Numbered from the stretch's first letter, positions 23,590-38,072 are shown. The stretch is 64,000 nt of DNA from the human T2T-CHM13v2.0 reference genome, Homo sapiens (GCA_009914755.4 CP068257.2:11712001-11776000), one strand, 5' to 3'. Made by a program: numbers and translations. The notes: generated by a model not told the origin, from the sequence alone.

Positions 23590-24660
23590 TACCCTCTGAT
23601 CTTTGACAAAACTGGAAAAAAAGCAATGTGAAAAGAATTCCCTATTTAATAAATGATGTTGGGAAAACTGGCTGGCCATATGCAGAAAACTGAAAGTTGA
23701 CCACTTCCTTACACCTTATACAAAAATTAACTCAAGATGGATTAAAGACTTAAATGTTAGACCTAAAACCATAAAAAGCCTAGAAGAAATCCTAGGCAAT
23801 ACCATTCAGGACATAGGCATGGGCAAATACTTCAGAACTAAAACATCAAAAGCAATGGCAACAAAAGCTAAAATTGACAAATGGGACCTAATTAAACTAA
23901 AGAGCTTCAGCATAGCAAAAGAAACTACCATCAGAGTGAACAAAATGAACAGGCAACCTACAGAATGGGAGAAAATTTCGGCAATCTATCCATCTGACAA
24001 AGGGCTAAATCCAGAATGTACAAGAACTTAAACAAGTTTAAAAAAAAAATCGAACAACCCCATCAAAAAGTGGGTGAAGGATATGAACAGACACTTCTGA
24101 AAAGAAGACATTTATGCAGCCAACAGACACGTGAAAAAAATGCTCATCATCACTGGCCATCAGAGAAATGCAAATCAAAACCACAATGAGATACCATCTC
24201 ACACCAGTTAGAATGGCGATCATTAAAAAGTCAGGAAACAACAGGTGCTGGAGAGGCTGTGAAGAAATAGGAACACTTTCACACTGCTGGTGGGAGTGTA
24301 AACTCGCTCAACCATTGTGGAAGACAGTGTGGCGATTCTTCAAGGATCTGGAACCAGAAATACCATTTGATCCAGCGATCCCATTACCGGATATATACCC
24401 AAAGGATTATAAATGATGCTACTATAAAGACACACGCACACATATGTTTATTGTGGCACTATTTACAATAGCAAAGGCTTGGAAGCAACCCAAATGCCCA
24501 TCAATGATAGACTGGATTAAGAAAATGTGGCATATATGTACCATGAAGTTCATATGTACTATGAAGTCTATACTGCACTGTTTCAGGGAAATAATGTGTT
24601 ACAACAGCATAGCTTTAATGGTCCATAGGTCACAGTTTTCACTTTTATTAAAGTAGATGA
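23590..24660 (+). mobile_element. L1 3' fragment (ORF2 C-terminal region + 3' UTR), older L1PA/PB-like, sense orientation
   Basis: Supplied ORFs 23819..24031 and 24168..24416 translate to L1 ORF2 C-terminal motifs ([20 protein letters not shown]...; [31 protein letters not shown]...). Confidence 0.85.
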
Positions 24661-25081
24661 TTGTACATAGTGATACTTGAAATATTTTAGTTTCAGTTTC
24701 TAATATATCAAAAATCAGTAGGTAAAAACCAACTTAAATGAAGACTGATATCTCATTTATTTTTATTTTCATATATTTGTTTTTTGCATAAACAAACTTT
24801 AATTAGTTGTGGTGCAGTTATATAATGGAATTCTATAAAGAACCTAATATAAACAAAACCAAAGTTAATTCTACACATTATGGATGGATCTAACAATATA
24901 ATGCTGATCAAACAAAGAATGTTACAGAAAATTACACAATGTACAATTATTTACATATTAGCAGTTGAAAACAAATTCTACATATTATCTATGACCATGC
25001 ACATATGTCGTATAATGTTTAAGCATGCATAGGAATAATATAAAAAACCAGTTTAGACAATTGTTTACCTCTAAACCATGA

Positions 25082-25447
<366 letters not shown>

Positions 25448-25898
25448 TAAGCTAATCAGAACAACAGATTTCCTTAGGATGCTTCAAATGACTACAGTCC
25501 CATGAGGTAACCAATGTTAAAACACAATTGGCATGTCAAAATTGAAGCTTTCCCTGCAGTAAAGGGTAGAATTTGAATCAATTTTTGAACAGAAAAAATA
25601 TTAGAGTTTAAAAATACACCTTCTTGAATCTTTAAGTCATACAGACATTCCCAATACAAAACATTACAGTATGAGGACATGAAAGCAGAAACACCTGAAA
25701 TTAAAGCTACTTTTTAAAAAAACTAATTAAAATTCGTGTTCTTGTAAGTAATCAGTTTTTCAAATGTGGATACCACTATTGACATTATTAACTCAAATAT
25801 TTCCATAATATTTGAAAAATAAACATTGGGGAGATGAGACTATTAATATGTCAACTATTGAAATATTCATTTTAATATAGTTGAACTGTAAAATTTAC

Positions 25899-25971
25899 CT
25901 GCTCTCAATGTTTGTTTATTCTTCCATTCTAAGCCTTTATTTGGAACAGAGTTTTGCATTTCAGTGGCAGG
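25899..25971 (-). CDS. 73-nt repeat-cassette mini-exon (unit P), phase 0 in / phase 1 out
   Basis: cccgtttag|CCTGCCACTGAAATGCAAAACTCTGTTCCAAATAAAGGCTTAGAATGGAAGAATAAACAAACATTGAGAGCAG|gtaaat gives PATEMQNSVPNKGLEWKNKQTLRA. Recalled ANKRD30A repeat: PAIEMQKSVPNKALELKNEQTLRAD. Confidence 0.75.
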
Positions 25972-26069
25972 CTAAACGGGTTTGGAAGAAAAATGATTAA
26001 TAACGAATGTGTACTTCACAAAATACATAGTTAATAAATAATGCAAGATAAAATTATAAAACTCAATAC

Positions 26070-26098
26070 CTCAAAGTGAGAAGGCTTTTCAGGAGACT
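26070..26098 (-). CDS. 29-nt repeat-cassette mini-exon (unit P), phase 1 in / phase 0 out
   Basis: ctttttag|AGTCTCCTGAAAAGCCTTCTCACTTTGAG|gtattgag gives (x)SPEKPSHFE. Recalled ANKRD30A: PPEKPSAFE. Confidence 0.7.
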
Positions 26099-28454
26099 CT
26101 AAAAAGCAAAAGAGATTTATTATCAGTCATAAGTAAATATGACAAAATCAGCCACAAATGAATCCAGTGATAGTATCTAACTAAGTCCTTTTTCTCAGCT
26201 TTGAGAATGACTCCTTTAGGTTTAGGGGGTTTTCTTTCGGTATGTTTCTTTAGGACACTCACATGACAGAAATACACTGAAGAAACTAGGAATCTAGGCT
26301 TCATCAAACATGCACTTAAGACTTCAAAAGTGAGAATGTGTTGTGCATGCAAAATGTGTTGATATTAATATGTATATGCTGAGTGATGAAAAGAGAAATG
26401 ATCTTTGATCAGAGGAGCAAATTATGACCCAGAAAAAATAAATGTCAAAGCTGAATATAGAATCCTACACCATATATTCAGTGAAATACACTGGAATAAT
26501 TTATTTCATTACATTAATCACGTTCTTTAATTTGTCCTACAATTGAGATGGTACACCGTTATGATGAGAGTTCAGCTGAATGCAGAACTGACATCTCATC
26601 ACTGAACATGTTACAAATTGATCAGCTTGGATATTTACTTAATGGATAATACTAAATAAAATATTCATTGTTTCCCATATCCTTGCAGTGTAATCATATG
26701 CCTACATTGCTGTATCCTCTAGTTTATCCTCAGAAATTTTCTTGATTCACTCATGCAAAAAATACTATAAAACTCATTAAAAAAATTGTATAGTGAGCTT
26801 TCAATATTGATATGTTTATTTGAAAATTTATGGCAACATACTTATCACATATAAATAACATTTTATATTTTTAAATCAGACAATATTTATTTTAAAAAAC
26901 AATTTTAGAATTCAAGTAATAAATTCTGTAATTTTTTGTTTCTAAAAATTAGTTGGCTTTGTTTATTATGGTAAGTGTCTAATAGATTTTTATAGAACAA
27001 CAATTTTACCAAAACAATTTGCTTCATTAAACATAAAGCCAATGCTCTTAGATTCAAATATCTCTCATTTGAATAGCTAATATCAACAAAATATAAACAT
27101 TTTATGCCTGATAGTAATAGAGAAAACTAATGAGTCACCATGGTTTACTCCAATTCTAGTAATCCTCCTGCTTCCGGTAGTCTCTGGAGTACCCACAATC
27201 TAATCTTCTGGAGTGCAAATATTGTAAATGCAACTGAAGTGAATTCACTCAAATTTCCTTTTCAGAAACTCCAAAGTTGGCTGGCTATATTCTTTCTTGC
27301 TGCGTTTCATGCCTCACAATCCCTCTTCCTTAGCCAAAATAATGTCTACATCTGTGGTCTTGATTCTTCCCATTCAACATCTTTTAAAATCAATTTTCCC
27401 AACACTTTCTTTCTCTTTGATTAGGGTAGTATCTGACATCTGTAATTACTATTTCTTTACCTCTTTTTTCCCCTCTGGTCAGAAACATACTCAGAAATAA
27501 AAGCAATATAATGCTTTCTCTTGACCCTGCTATGTCTTGAACTTCTATCCAACTGCCCTTCTTCCAGATTTTTCCAAAGGAAAGGCTGTTCCCTTGCTAC
27601 CTAAGAGTGAGGTCCAAGGACCACCAGCAACAGCATCACTTGAGAATTTATTAAAAATGCCAGAATCCCAAGTCTGCTGAGTCACAGCGTGCATTGTTAA
27701 CAAGGTATTCAGCTGATTTTCTAAAGTGTGAAAACTTCTCGTCTATACTGAGTGTATATAACAAATTATATACACGCATGGCTGTGCAAATATGCTTATA
27801 TTCACATACTGCAGATAAAACACAACTCTCCATGGTCAGGTGCTTCCATCCCTAATGCCTTCCCACCGGTGAGAAAGATAAGACCGACAACATGTTTGCT
27901 GTAATTCTCTGCCAAATTTTGGTAATGGAAGGTCACTTTATATTCTTCCCAGCTTTCTAACCATGCTCTATCTTTCTCTAAAGAGTTATTTTATTTTACC
28001 ATTCTCCATTATGTAAACCTGCTTTTTGTTCCCTCATGTACTCCCTGTACTCTCTGTCTTCCTCAGTCTTCATTCCTTGTTTTACTCCTTTCCTCAGGTC
28101 TTAGAGTATGTTGAATTTAAACTAATAATTCAGCTCTTTTTTGGCACTCTCAATATAATCTGTTGCCAACACCTGAGAAGACACATAACTTTCACTGCCT
28201 TTGTTCTTCCATGTTATGCATTTAAAAAATAATTTTCTCTGGCTGTCAGAGTATATCAGTCCTCATGCTTTGAGACAAACATTTGGACAAAAGATGTTTT
28301 AAATAAAAAATGGTTCTTACCTTCTATTTTGCCATTTGTTGTCTTTATTTCTTTTTGATATGTAGCCTAAGTAAACACTCATAATTCTGTGTATCACTCA
28401 CAGAGATAATCTGTTAAAGATAATATTAATAATTTCTTTTTTTACTATTTTTTT

Positions 28455-28738
28455 ATTTTGTTTTTCTGAGATGAAGCCTCGCAGTGTTGCCCAGTGGCAT
28501 GATCTTGGCTCATTGCAACCTCCGGCTCCAAAGACCAAGTAATTATCCTGCCTCCGTGTCCCGAGTAGCTGGGACTACAGGCATGAGCTACCACACCTGG
28601 CTAAATTTTTGTATTTTTATTAGAGACAGGTTTCACCATGTTGGCTAGGCTGGTCTCAAACTCCTGACTTCAAGTGATCTGCCCACCTCGCCCTCCGAAA
28701 ATACTGGGATTACAGGTGTGAGCCACCACAGCCTGCCT
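28455..28738 (-). mobile_element. Alu element, antisense
   Basis: tttctgagatgaagcctcgcagtgttgcccagtggcatgatcttggctcattgcaacctccggctcc ... ctgggattacaggtgtgagccaccacagcctgcc. Confidence 0.85.
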
Positions 28739-30957
28739 CAATAAATAATTTCAATTTAAAAATAATAATGACAAGCATCACATTTTTTATTAAAAATCTT
28801 TTTTAAAACACATTTTTTAACTTTAAAGGCAATTAGATTTAAGGCTGTTCACATATTGAAAACCAAAACATTTCAAGAGAAAACCTCAAATATGCTCTGT
28901 AGATTACGCTTATCTTTTATTTTCATGTGGCTATTGACTAGGTTACTGAGCAAGGAAAATAATCATATTCGCAAAAAAATTCACTCGTGCATATTTTAAA
29001 AGGAATTTACTTCAAAGTATCTGCCTTACACTGTAGTCCTCACCAAAAACAATAGGACATTTCAAACAAAATACAATATGATTCAACATTTGACATATGC
29101 ATAATTATAGATTTTTTTGGTTAAAAACTATGCATGGCATGAAGAGAATTTTCAGAGTATGTCGTGCGAAGTAGGAATAGAACTCTGTTAAAAGCTGTTT
29201 CATTTAGGAAAACAAGGGCATAAAATAATGAAAATAATTTTACATCTTTTTTGCTGATACAGAACTGCTTGAATAAAAGGAAAGATTCTTAAGGAAAATT
29301 TATATTTATGTTATTTTTAAATGAAAACAAGCAATCATTAGATAAAGTATGCAATTCGTTCTTAAGGCATAACTTCAGAAAAGTAGAGCAAGCCTTCATA
29401 TAAAGAGAAAAATAAAAACATGTATTCGTGAAACATCTAACATGTGACAGACACATATTTGCAGACTTTTCTTCACCTTAGAATAATGAGGATGACGATG
29501 ACATTGGTGGTTACCCCACTTTCTGTATCCTAGTCATTCTAGGTTGTTAAGAACAAAATGATGAACAAATATGGTCCACTGCCCTCTCTGTTCAGAAGTC
29601 TTCCTCCTAGACTTTCATATGGCATACTCCTCATCTTTGAGACGGGAGATTAAATGGCAGTTGCAGAAAGATCTACTCTGACCATGGAATTCCACTGCCA
29701 CTCCCATACGCGTGCTAATTATAAAGTTCTTCAATTTTCTCTTAAGGAACATTCTCTGTTTTGTTTTAAAGAAAAAGTTACAGTAATTTGTAAGTGTTTT
29801 TCATTTGTTATTCTCTTCCTACTACTGCAGCATAATCTTTCATCTTGGATATTCAGAGACTCACTGCCTAGTACACAGCTGGTACTCAGAAAGAAATTAC
29901 TCCAGGTCAAAACATTGAAAATCTCATCAGGAAAGTCTCACTTTCCAAACTGCTATATTTCTATGGAAAATCTGCAGTAGTAGCCTGCTGAAAGTTACCA
30001 TCCCCTTACCCAAAATTAGAAATCCACATGCCTGTTCTTACTTCCCATTCTTGTGCTAACAATACTGCTTTCACATAAATGCCACTTTGAACATTTTGTC
30101 TTACATTTGTATACAGACTTTCCAGTTTAAAAAATGTTTTCACATTTGTTACAACATTATTTCATCACATGCACCTAAGAGGTAGATATGAGCGCTATTT
30201 TTATAAACAAAGTTACTGGTATTTGATTAGATTAATTGATTTTTTTCCAAGTTCCCATAGCTAGTAAGTGACAGAACCAAATACAGACTTATCTTTTGAC
30301 ATCCACTCATTGCTGTTACCACTATGCAGCTGCTGCTTCTGCCTAACTGGTGAGGCCTTTGCTATCTCTTCCACATCCACAGTTGTGACCTTGGAATACA
30401 TCATTATTATTTGATACCTATGTGGCTGCAAACATGGCTGCCATAAATGGACTCAAAGAGTTCTATTTGTGGAAAAAAGTCCACTTATTAAAATACTACT
30501 CAACCAAATTGTTGTTATTATAGTTTTACAGGTGTCCTATTTCTCATGTTTATCCAACTCCTGAAATGTTCCTTCAGATCTATACTGGATAATCAAAATA
30601 TGCCAATACTTTCAGAGTCCCAGGAATTATCTTTTCAAGTTCCAAGTTGAGTAAGACTAAGACTACAGTTTAAACTCTTTCTCCTCGAATCCAGTTAGAG
30701 CTTTTGTACATCTAGATATACACAGAATCATACAGTTTTGCCCATAAATGAATGTGGAGACATCATTTAGTTTTTAGACAAACTTAACTTCAGAACTCAA
30801 GTAGATTCCTAATGCCTTCTAAGCCTTATTTTGTTTTGCACTACTCTACACTGGCTTCAAAATTAATCCTGCAAATTAGCAGAATTGCACTATGCAGCTG
30901 TTATCTACTTGGAACATGATTATAAAGTATGTTCTGATAAATGTCAGAAAATAATTT

Positions 30958-31212
30958 CTTTTTTTTTGGTTTGTTTTTTGAGATGGAGTCTCGCTCTGTT
31001 GCCCATGCTGGAATGCAGTGGCATGATCTGGGCTCACTGCAAGCTCCACCTTCTGGGTTCACGCCATTCTCCTGCCTCAGTCTCCTGAGTAGCTGGGACT
31101 ACAGGTGCCTGCCACCATGCCTGGCTAATTTTTTTGTATTTTTAGTAGAGACGGGGTTTCACCATATTAGCCAGGATGGTCACAATCTCCTGACCTCGTG
31201 ATCCACCTGCCT
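30958..31212 (-). mobile_element. Alu element, antisense, slightly truncated
   Basis: tttttttttggtttgttttttgagatggagtctcgctctgttgcccatgctggaatgcagtggcatgatctgggctcactgcaagctcc ... gtttcaccatattagccaggatggtc. Confidence 0.85.
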
Positions 31213-31707
31213 TATGGACATAATCAGAGGTGAGAGAATAAAGTCAAATCATCTTTTTATGTTTTAAGATTACTGAGTACTTAAGTTTTAAAATAACAAC
31301 AACAACAACAATACACAGTACCTCAGAATCTGAAGTTGATTTTGTATCTTCTTTTCTTCTAATTCTGATGTGGGCATCTTATCTACAAAATGTTATTCAC
31401 AGACATGTATATGAGAATGTTTATTACTGTAAATCATAAAACTATATACAAATCTATTTCCATTTATGAGTATTTCAAAAATAAAAATAATAGCAAAAAT
31501 AGAATTTCAGAATTGAAGCAGGTTCAGAAAAAAAAGAGTTGATAGTATGAAGAAAGATATCAAAATGTACTTTTTTAAGTAGACATTGTATTTTGGGCTA
31601 AAAAATTGTTTTCTATATAACAGCATTTAAACACAGAAAAATTTTCAGAGATATTCACTAACTTACCACTTCTATTATTTTGGTATAAAAAATAAAATTG
31701 TCATTAC

Positions 31708-31786
31708 TTGTTTGATCTTGTGGAGCTCGTTCAATAATGCCAATATCACGTTCTCGTTGTCCAGTTACTGTCTTTGTTGCTGCCTC
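31708..31786 (-). CDS. Candidate 79-nt coding mini-exon of the same gene (only one open frame, good splice sites)
   Basis: tgtaatag|GAGGCAGCAACAAAGACAGTAACTGGACAACGAGAACGTGATATTGGCATTATTGAACGAGCTCCACAAGATCAAACAA|gtaatga gives EAATKTVTGQRERDIGIIERAPQDQT. The other two frames are closed. Homology to the family is uncertain. Confidence 0.35.
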
Positions 31787-34700
31787 CTATTACAAACAAA
31801 ACACAGAAAGCAAACACACACAAAAAAAACTTCAGAAAAAGTTGTATTTATTCACTCAATCAATTTGTCAGAAAGACAACAACAACAACAAAAAACATAC
31901 TTTGTATCTGTCAAATCATATGCACTATCCTGGGAGAAGCAGAAAATATACATGGAAGATACATTCTGGCTTATGTTCAAGAAATGGTAGAGATATGTGA
32001 AAACAAATAAGAACAAAAAGTAAAATTCACCAGTTCTACAATTTAAGTCAATAAAATACATAAGGGCACAAAGGAGAGAAAAATCAGTTTTACCTGAAAA
32101 GCTTAGAAAATGCTGCCATAATGGGGCCATATTGGGAAGGACAGACAAAGTGCAGAGTCAGGATACAAAGACTCTAGGTGCAATAGCATGTGCAAAATAA
32201 TAAGGCATGAAACAACATGGCCACTGAGGGATGCCAGAGTGATGTGGTAAAACTGGAACACAGTCAGAGCAAATGAGTTAAAGAGATAAAATGAGACCAA
32301 ACCATATAAGATATGTATCACGCTAGAATGTGAACTTACCCCTTCATGTAATGGGTATCCACTCAATATGCAGATGAGTTACATCATTACAAGTATATTT
32401 CAGAAAGGTGACCCTTCCAGTGATGTAAAGATGAACATGGGGAGATGGGGCAAAACTAGAAAGGAGTACTTCAAAATTATAGGTAGAGAGTTAATTATGG
32501 TAATAAGATACGGAAAATTATAAGAAGGCAGAAAATACAAAATTAGGTGTGTGACTGGATGGGTGACATGGAGAAGGGTTGAAGTGCAGGATGTAGGGGA
32601 CAGTTGAAGTGCCAGTTGAAGTGCTTGAGCATTTCATGGCTACTTCCTAGGTGTTATTTACTAGGATGGGGAAACCAGATGACAGAGTAGATTACAAAGA
32701 GTCAGAAAAGAGTCAGAAAAAAATAAAATAATGTTTTCAGTTTCAGACCTATAAGATTTGAGGCATCCATGGGGCTTAGAAGAAAGATCTGGATAAAGAC
32801 ATTTGGAGTATGAGTAGATGACCTACATGAGGAAAATTACATAGTGATTAGAAAATAAATATTTGTAAGATAGACTAAATGGGTAGAATTAAGCAACACA
32901 AATCTATGCAGACTGCTGAAATTTTGAAAATGAAATCAAAGGAGAGAGAAAAACATGGGATTAAGTTTCTCAGTTATATATTTCCAAATTTATTTCAAGA
33001 ATATAATTTTATTTATATAGGTAAATATTTATTTCTGAAATATTTTTTGCAATATGCATCTTTGAATTGAATGAAAACATTTAATTCTAAAACAACAAGA
33101 TTCTGCAAAATGACCTTTATAAAAACCTTGAAATTTTTAACTGTACAAGAGAAATGCTTACCCATAGAATTATAAGGCATTTTTAAGTACTACTATAAAG
33201 TGAGATAGAAATGTGAAACTGTTTTAAAATTCACATGCTTTTCTTATGCTCCTGCAAACAAGATAATGCTAGCTCAAATTGCCTATTTACACCATATAGG
33301 ATGGTAGTTTAAAACTGGAGAAAAGATCTCATATAAAGAAAATTAAGCAACAATTATTCAAGTTGATGATTTAATAGTTTTTACATATATCTATGATTGT
33401 CAAGTAGAATTCAGTATTCACAGGAGAAGTGAAGAAAGAAACTAAAAAGTTCAAGTCAACAAGATTCCTGAGTTTTAGAAATAAACAAATATATGTGCAA
33501 GGTGTAATAGTTATGAAGACTAAAGTTAATAAGGCTTCCTGGAAAAAATATAAAATATCCCCATTGCAAGAGATATTTTTAAGTGTAAAAAGTATTCTTC
33601 CAATGATAAGTTTGTTTACTCTGTTAAATCTTCCCTTACGTATGATTCTATGATAATAAGTACTTTACTTTAAAACAATTGACAAATATTGATTACATTC
33701 ATTTGATGTGTGCATGTAATACCATTACATACCTATATTATGAGCAAAAATGTCAGAATATTTCTAGAGATTAATAATTTCTACATTTCTTTGACAGTGT
33801 TGTAGCTTAAAAGTGATTCTTCTCTTTTAGGAGACACAGATTAAGAACCATGTTCATATGATCAGAAACTTTAATTTTAATAACAAGTTTAAATAAAATG
33901 CTTATTTATTTATACTCTATTATCAAAAATATTCAAAATGGCTACCAAGATTATACAAAAGAGTAAGATAAGTTAAATAACCTAAGAATATGTCAAATAT
34001 TAAGTTAGAAATCTTAAACCAGAAACCAAAGAATCAAAAAGTAATAATTCACAATAAAGTTGGCAAGGCCTAAAACAGATTTCACTTTGCATTCTACAAA
34101 ATTATAAGTACGACTAGATTAAATATAAGACATAAAGTTACTAAAAGAAGTAAGAATTAAATTTTTGTTCCTTGTTTATAATTTTTTTGTTGACACACTA
34201 TAAATGTACGTTTTGGGGGTATATATCATCACTTAATACATTCACATAATCAAATCAGAATAATTGAGATATTAATCACCTTAAGTATTTATCTTTCCTT
34301 TATGCTAGAAACATTCAAATTATTCTCTACTAGGTATTTTAAAGAGTACAACAAATTGCTCCTACCTATACTCGTCCTTATATTTTCTGTCAGCTTTTTA
34401 TTAAAATCAGCTGTAAGTCACTCAAAAACACCTGAGCTATCTTTTATTAGCTGGCTATGTTTTCTTAATTTTTATTTTAAATAATTTATATCATATCTTT
34501 TATTCTAGAGAGTTCCTGCTCTCATTTAAACCACTATTTTTGCTGTGTTTTTATAAGAATCTGTCTCATCCTCTCTCATGTAGTCTCTGTGTTTATCTTA
34601 CCCTTCTTCAACGAATTATTTCCTATTATCCCCTTCATCTAATTTATTATTATACAAATATGGTGGTATCCATTATTTTTTTAATCAAAATTACCTACGA

Positions 34701-35524
34701 CAAAAATTTATTCTTACACAGTTTATAGTACTGTAGAAATAATTAAAATTTTAAAATTACGTTATATTTTGAAATATCTCTTCACAATTTACAGTTGTAT
34801 TAATTACCTCTTGTGTGGAAAAATGTGAGAGTTTAGTTTTTAATAGTACCTTATTTAACTGGGTTTGCATTGAAATGGTATAGGTTGTTTCTATTCTGTG
34901 TGGCAAAAAGCTAATAAATAATTGTATAAATTCTGCTTCTTCCAAGAAACAGAGAAAAAAAAGAATAAATCATGGGGGGGGGCAATGATTGAGTAATGAA
35001 AATCATACATAGCAACTAAATAGAGACCTGTAAATAAATATGCTGACAATTGAGACAGAGATGCCCTCAAAAACAGACATTGAAGAAATGTATTCTGTGA
35101 GAAAAAAGTCTGGGGTAAATCATTTTTAAAAAGGTGAAGGAGACGGAAGAAACAAACAAGAGCCATGATCCGTCAATCATGAGCTTCAGTCGTGAAAGAA
35201 AAGGAGAAACAGCTACGCGAAGACATGTGATGAAATACAAAAAATACAGACTTTTGTTAATAATATTGCTGATCAGTATTTACACTACAATTAGTTATTT
35301 TGTTAATACTTGTGTAGTAAAGATTTTATTTTTAATATTATATAATAAGAAAATTAGTTAAACATGGTCTTCAGCCAATACCTAAAAGCGAGAATATTCT
35401 TACTACAGAGAGAGAAAAATTTAAAAAGGAATGTTTCATAAACTTTTCACCTGAAGAAAGTATTGGTAATCAGAATTTTAGAGTAATGTATTCCTTGAAA
35501 AGATATGTTCAATAGAACATGAGT

Positions 35525-35745
35525 TTCATCCTGGCTAACACGGTGAAACCCCGTCTCTACTAAAAATACAAAAAATTAGCCCGGCATGGTGGCGGGCACC
35601 TGTAGTCCCAGCTGCTCTGGAGGCTGAGGCAGGAGAATGGTGTGAACCCGGGAGGCGGGGCTTGCAAGTGAGCCCACATTGCGCCACTGCACTCCAACCT
35701 GGGCGACACAGCGAGACTCCGTCTCAAAAAAGAAAAAAAAAAGAA
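35525..35745 (+). mobile_element. 5'-truncated Alu, flanked by direct repeat agaacatgagtttca
   Basis: tcctggctaacacggtgaaaccccgtctctactaaaaatacaaaaaattagcccggcatggtggcgggcacctgtagtcccagc ... gagactccgtctcaaaaaagaaaaaaaaaag. Confidence 0.85.
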
Positions 35746-35756
35746 CATGAGTTTCA

Positions 35757-36050
35757 GCTGGACATGGTGGTTCACGCCTGTAATCCCAGGACTTTGGAGG
35801 GCAGATCATGAGGTGAAGAGATTGACACCATCCTGGGCAACATGGTGACACCCTGTCTCTACTAAAAATACAAAAATCAGCTGGGCATGGTGGCATGCAC
35901 CTGCTGTCCCAGCTACACAGGTGGCTGACGCAGGAGAATTACTTGAACCAAGAAGGCAGAGGTTGCAGTCAGCCGAGATCATGCCACTGCACTTCAACCT
36001 GGGCGACACAGCAAGACTCCATCTCAAAAAAAACAAAAAGCAAACAAACA
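35757..36050 (+). mobile_element. Full-length Alu immediately downstream, re-using the aacatgagtt target motif
   Basis: gctggacatggtggttcacgcctgtaatcccaggactttggagggcagatcatgaggtgaagagattgacaccatcctgggcaacatggtgacaccctgtctctactaaaaatac ... caagactccatctcaaaaaaaacaaaaagcaaacaaacaaaacatgagttgag. Confidence 0.85.
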
Positions 36051-36794
36051 AAACATGAGTTGAGACTAAAATATATTAAATTTTTTAAAATCTGAACTCC
36101 ACTTGGAGGATACTAGAAAATATAGTGTAATCTTCTTTCCTATTTACTACATATCTCTGATTTATTGTCTTCTTATTTATGACATAATTTCTTAAGATAA
36201 CACAAGTTAATTTATGCATTCTAAATATTAAAAGAAAATATAAATTTAAGCCATATTTTAGAAACGCATTAGATTTAATTATAAGGTATATTATGCATAT
36301 TATCTTACTTGTAATATTCCATTACATAAAAATTCATTTGCTTATTTATTCACATTGAAAACCTCTTAAAATGCTTTTTACAGGCAAGACTGTATTCTGG
36401 GTACACTAGGATGCACACAAGTATGTTTTCTAACCTGCAGTATCTCATAGTGATGCAAGAGCTTCAAAACAATTATTTAAATAACTAAATAAAAAATCTT
36501 CTGAAATTTAAAATTTTCAAATGTGATCAAAGATCTTTGAACAATATGTTTAAAAAGTGCAATTTAAAAACTCTGAAATTAAAATCTTACCATATGCTTA
36601 TTAAGAGTCTCTGCTTCCAGAACTGGTTGTTTACTTGGGGTGAAACCTGCATTCTTCATTTAGTTGAAGAATTTAAAGTATACTTTTAATGAAATAACTT
36701 AGAAAACATCCTCACATGCCTTAATAATACAGATTCTGAGAAAGAGAATTTACATTTCTAAATTTCTACAATTATATTCAAAATTAGAGATAAG

Positions 36795-36900
36795 TTCTCA
36801 CTATGTGCCCACACTGGTCTCAAACTCTTGGGCTCAAGCAATCTTCCTGCATCACCCTCCTTGGTAGCTGGAACTACAGGCATGCACCACCATGCCCAAA
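36795..36900 (-). mobile_element. Alu fragment, antisense
   Basis: ctcactatgtgcccacactggtctcaaactcttgggctcaagcaatcttcctgcatcaccctccttggtagctggaactacaggcatgcaccaccatgccc. Confidence 0.7.
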
Positions 36901-37781
36901 TAAATTTTCACAATTTCTAATATTATTTTGGTGTTTAATTAAAGAACCAAGAAGAGAAACTGATAAAAAGCTCTCTCCTAAAAACTACATGATATCAAAA
37001 TAATATGTGCCAAAAAAACCTATATGCTATGTGGCACAGTTTCAGAACTGAACTTTATCAGACAGATTCCCTGATTACTGTAATAAGTAACTGGATCCAT
37101 TAAAGATAATTTTAAGGATGAGGTTTTTTTAAAGTTACAATAGAATAATTTTAAAAGTCACAGTAAGTTTACTTATGCAAAGAAACCTTTACCAGATTTT
37201 ATATATTCTCTATTGTGGACACGTTTTTTCTAATATAATGTTGCTGTCACTATGTATTCTACAGCCCGTTCCAGTTTTTGGCCCTCACACCCTCAAAGTA
37301 TTTACCAATCATTTGTTATTTACTGAAGTAAAACAAACAAACAAAAACAAAAAACAAAAAAACTGTTTAAATCAACTACTCATATTTCTATAAAATGTTT
37401 TTATGTGACCAACTTTATATTACCAACATGAAATTATGATACATACACCACTGCTAAACATGAAAAGTAAATACTATACAGAATTAGATTCCAACTGAGA
37501 AAATCAATTTAACAAGAGACCATTTTACCTTGGTAGTACGATTAAAGTCTTCCTCAACTTTTGTAGACTGTGAATTTTCAGTAGTCGGTTTGCCAAAAAG
37601 ACTAGAGAAAAAAGATAAAACAAAAATGAGCAAATTCATATATTTAAAAAGAAAATCTGCTAGTTCATATCTTGGTGCTCACTCCAAAAAATGAGAACAA
37701 AAAAAATCTGGGGAAAGATCAGTCCTCGATATATTAAATCATGTTTCTTGGCATAATTAAAATATGCCATCTGGTTTTTGT

Positions 37782-38072
37782 TGTTTTTTTTTTTGAGACG
37801 GAGTCTCGCTCTGTCGCCCAGACTGGAGTGAGATGGCGCGATCTGGGCTCACTGCAAGCTCTGCCTCCCGGGGTTCACGCCATTCTCCTGCCTCAGCCTC
37901 CCCAGTAGCTAGGGCTGGAGCCCACCACCGCGCCTGGCTAATTTTTTGTATTTTTAGTAGAGACGGGGTTTCACCGTGTTAGCCAGGATGGTCTCGATCT
38001 CCTGACCTCATGATCCGCCCGCCTCAGCCTCCCAAAGTGCTGGGATTACAGGCGTGAGCCACGGCGCCCGGC
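37782..38072 (-). mobile_element. Young (AluY-like, CpG-rich) Alu, antisense
   Basis: tttttttttgagacggagtctcgctctgtcgcccagactggagtgagatggcgcgatctgggctcactgcaagctctgcctcccggggttcacgccattctcctgcctcagcctcc ... ggattacaggcgtgagccacggcgcccggcc. Confidence 0.9.

Noticed and set aside
23819-24416. ORFs 70-82 aa with protein-like composition
   Set aside because: These are L1 ORF2 C-terminal fragments of an older L1 3' end
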